Of a DNA stretch of 64,000 nucleotides, positions 61,618 to 64,000 are shown piece by piece. The number at the start of each line of letters is the position of its first letter. Position 1 is the first letter of the stretch. Made by a program: the position numbers and the translations under genes. Origin of the DNA: Spartobacteria bacterium (GTDB taxonomy: Bacteria > Verrucomicrobiota > Verrucomicrobiia > Chthoniobacterales > UBA10450); assembly GCA_003167555.1 (NCBI GenBank), contig PMSN01000029.1, positions 122,488-186,487 on the forward strand, written 5' to 3'. The notes beneath the pieces were generated by a model. That model worked only from the letters and a program-made list of their open reading frames with translations. It had not been told where the DNA came from and did no database searches.

Positions 61618-64000
61618 CTACGGCAGGAAGTAGACCTGGACTACGCCGGTCCCGGTAGTCTCCGGTTTGCCTCGCACTTGGGCGGTGTATTGCCCGGGCG
61701 GGAGCGTCGCGACAACGGCCGCTTCCAGGTCATTGGTCGGTTGCAGGCCGGTAGCCTCAATCTCGGCTTGCTGGCTGCCCCCATCGGAGGACCGGATTTT
61801 CCAATCATCGTTCTCGACCACGAGGGCGCCGTTCCCGTCTCTTAGCTGAAGAGTGGTGTCCGCCAGGGCGTTGGTGATTCCGAATGCGGCCAGGGAAGGT
61901 CCTATCGCACGGACCACAGCGCGGACCGACCCGTTCTGGGTAATGAAGCCGGCGATCATGAGTTGATCGCCGGGTTGAATCAAACCTCTGGTCGCGACGT
62001 TGACGAGCTTGGCGGGAGATGCCGCGCTGAGATCGTAGGCATCGACGACCCCAGTGCCAACGCTGTTCCCCACGCCGCGCACGACCGCAGTGTAACTGCC
62101 CGGAGGAAGGTTCGCGATGATCGCGGACTCGAGGTCGTTGCCCGGTGCGACTCCGCTCGCGGCGATCTCGGCGGATTGATCGGCGGTGATGAAGCCTCCC
62201 AGCTGCGTGGTTTTCCAATCGTCGTTGGTCGCCACGATGGCATTCCCGTTATTCGCATCATGAATCTCCAGCGTCGGGTTTGGGAGCGCATCAGAGATCC
62301 CAAAGGCGGCGAGCGATGGGCCAATCGCGCGCACGATGATTTTCTTGGTGGAGCCAGCCGGCCCTTGAACGATGAAGCCTTCGATGAGCACGTTATCACC
62401 CGTGCCGACCGGGAGGCGCGTAGAGACATTGGCGACCAGGCCGGACGCGGCTATCCCGCCGAATTCGAACGCGCCGATGTCGCTGACACCGGAGCGGTAA
62501 TAGCCGCGCTGATCTGCCGGTGGAGCACGGTTGTCATCGCCCGCATTGATCGCGGGACTGGTCGACGAGAGCGCGAAGGTACTGGTGGGGCCGCCGTTAT
62601 TGACGAGACCGGCGGGATCAAGCAGAGGATCGGTATTGCGCTTGTCGCCGACGGCATTCAGGAATCCACCCGGCCCGGTCGTGGCATCACCGCCGGCGGC
62701 GTCGCTGCTGAGATTGTGCCCCTGCGAGGTGATGGTGCCGCTGCTGTTGACCAGATTAGGGCCTGAGGAAGGAGCCAGGAGAGTATTGGCCAGGAGCAAC
62801 GTGGCGCTCTCGTTGGAAATGGCGTTGTTGTTAAAGGTACAATTGGTGAGCGTTGTCCGCGCGGTGCCGCCGCTGCCGAAGTTTTCGATGGCGGCGGTGC
62901 CAGGAACATTCGACGCCATGTTGTCGCTGACGGTGCAGTTGGTCAGACTCAGGAGAGCGGTCCCGGAATTGACGCCTTCGTTATAAATCCCACCCCCTTT
63001 TCCCGATGCTCCCGAGGCAGCGTTCGCGGTGAGGGTGGAGTTATTGAGGGTGAGGCTGGCTGCGCCACTGGTGGAGCCCCGGTTGAAAATACCTCCGCCG
63101 AAGTTGGCGGTGTTACCGGTTACCACGCAGTTCGTTAGAGTCACCGTCCCGTGGTCGTTGAAAAGACCGCCGCCGTTCGTCGATGAATTACCGTTGGCAA
63201 TGGTCAAGCCGTTGAAGTTCACGACAGCTCCAGGACTGACGGCGAAGACGCGTGAAGCATTGTTGCCGCTGATCGTCAGGACGCTTGCGCCCGGTCCGTT
63301 GATCGTCACCGGGCTGGTGATGCTAAGACCGCCGAGCTTCTGCGTGTTCAGGATTACGCCGCTGACACCAGGCGCGAAATTGATCGTGCTCACGTCCGGA
63401 TTGGCATTCGCCGCGTTGATCGCTTCCACGAGCGTGCAATCGTCGGTCGTACAGCTGCCATCATCATGCTCGGCCGTATTCGTGACGGTGAGGGTCTGGC
63501 CCGCCTGCACTGGCCCCGTCTCCAGCGCACCGATATCAACGTGCGCACCGACTTTCCTGGGGAATCCGCGTTGATCTGTCGCCAGATTGAAAGGCGGACC
63601 TAACACGGAGTCATCGCCTGCATCAATCGCGGCGCTGCCCGGCGGCAGTTCGAATGTCGGCGTCGGTCCGCCGTTGTCTGATAGCGTGCTCAACACAGGC
63701 TTGGCGAACGGGCCGATCTTATTGTGCGTCGTCGTGGCGATGACATTGCAGCCCCCCGGAGAGGGAACCTGGTCGATGAGGTTGTAGTCCTGCGAGATGA
63801 TGGTGCCCGCGCAGTCGCGGAGAACCGCGCCGCTCGTAGTGCGGTCTTCCTCACCGGTCAGCACTGAATTACCCAGGTACTGCGTCGCGCCGCCCGCGAC
63901 AAAAATGCCGCCGCCATCGCCATCGTTGGTTGCGTCGTAGTCCGCGACGTTCGCGTAGAAGGTCGCGCTGTTTACGGTGGCGGTCTTGCTGTTGTATAGT
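61618..64000 (-). CDS. secreted CSLREA-motif / beta-helix repeat protein with subfamily-2 tandem module; the 5' end lies outside the window
   Basis: My manual translation shows the frame stays open from 63864 to the window edge. It contains DDCTLVEAINAANANPDVSTINF, beta-helix repeats and NNGGPT motifs. The modules at about 61621-62437 are nearly identical in DNA to 57717-58533. Confidence 0.85.
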   Translation of the reverse strand, partial: LYNSKTATVNSATFYANVADYDATNDGDGGGIFVAGGATQYLGNSVLTGEEDRTTSGAVLRDCAGTIISQDYNLIDQVPSPGGCNVIATTTHNKIGPFAKPVLSTLSDNGGPTPTFELPPGSAAIDAGDDSVLGPPFNLATDQRGFPRKVGAHVDIGALETGPVQAGQTLTVTNTAEHDDGSCTTDDCTLVEAINAANANPDVSTINFAPGVSGVILNTQKLGGLSITSPVTINGPGASVLTISGNNASRVFAVSPGAVVNFNGLTIANGNSSTNGGGLFNDHGTVTLTNCVVTGNTANFGGGIFNRGSTSGAASLTLNNSTLTANAASGASGKGGGIYNEGVNSGTALLSLTNCTVSDNMASNVPGTAAIENFGSGGTARTTLTNCTFNNNAISNESATLLLANTLLAPSSGPNLVNSSGTITSQGHNLSSDAAGGDATTGPGGFLNAVGDKRNTDPLLDPAGLVNNGGPTSTFALSSTSPAINAGDDNRAPPADQRGYYRSGVSDIGAFEFGGIAASGLVANVSTRLPVGTGDNVLIEGFIVQGPAGSTKKIIVRAIGPSLAAFGISDALPNPTLEIHDANNGNAIVATNDDWKTTQLGGFITADQSAEIAASGVAPGNDLESAIIANLPPGSYTAVVRGVGNSVGTGVVDAYDLSAASPAKLVNVATRGLIQPGDQLMIAGFITQNGSVRAVVRAIGPSLAAFGITNALADTTLQLRDGNGALVVENDDWKIRSSDGGSQQAEIEATGLQPTNDLEAAVVATLPPGQYTAQVRGKPETTGTGVVQVYFLP

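Noticed and set aside
5699-64000. Interpreting the module as a known sorting signal (PEP-CTERM, LPXTG, GlyGly-CTERM or T9SS CTD), or the family as Rhs/CDI-type polymorphic toxins.
   Set aside because: No PEP or LPXTG motif and no terminal TM helix with a basic tail is present. The module is duplicated in tandem and also occurs N-terminally, which does not fit a simple C-terminal tag. Here the variable parts are N-terminal enzymes or adhesins, and there are no small immunity-like genes after each ORF. A T9SS-like role cannot be formally excluded without HMM searches.

Overview
The window is 64 kb of a visibly GC-rich bacterial chromosome (I estimate about 60% GC but did not count). Gene content and the style of the intergenic repeats suggest a soil PVC/Verrucomicrobiota-like organism, but that is only a guess.

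The left edge is housekeeping: the 3' end of guaA, a GH63-like glycosidase, and a rhodanese / MauE-DoxX / DUF1573 trio.

The dominant feature is a family of 13 secreted-protein genes between 5.7 and 64 kb, all on the minus strand. Their passenger domains are unrelated: FG-GAP, subtilisin S8, CAP/SCP, four CSLREA/beta-helix proteins, VCBS, a 2195-aa metzincin+PKD+delta-60 giant, an M64 peptidase, and two collagen-like proteins ending in a phage-tail-fibre S74 chaperone domain or an FGE/SUMF1 domain. All share one ~120-aa 'NISTR...GDNVLI...NDNW...VEVYAL' module that I cannot assign to a named family.
- In 11 genes the module is a tandem pair running to the last residue.
- In 2 genes it is a single copy directly after the signal peptide.
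- Module DNA shows mosaic near-identity between otherwise unrelated genes, which looks like gene conversion.
- There is also a module-only orphan ORF and a 57-nt relic.

Embedded in or flanking the family are:
- split dTDP-rhamnose genes (rfbD, rfbB);
- GT-C/GT2 glycosylation genes;
- a wHTH-TPR regulator;
- a VapBC module flanked by a duplicated rfbB 3' end;
- a tRNA-Leu(GAG)-linked AT-richer islet carrying a tightly packed DUF262 / AAA(DUF3696) / unknown three-gene candidate defence module.

Several families of short GC-rich palindromic (REP-like) intergenic repeats are present. No CRISPR array, rRNA or transposase was seen.
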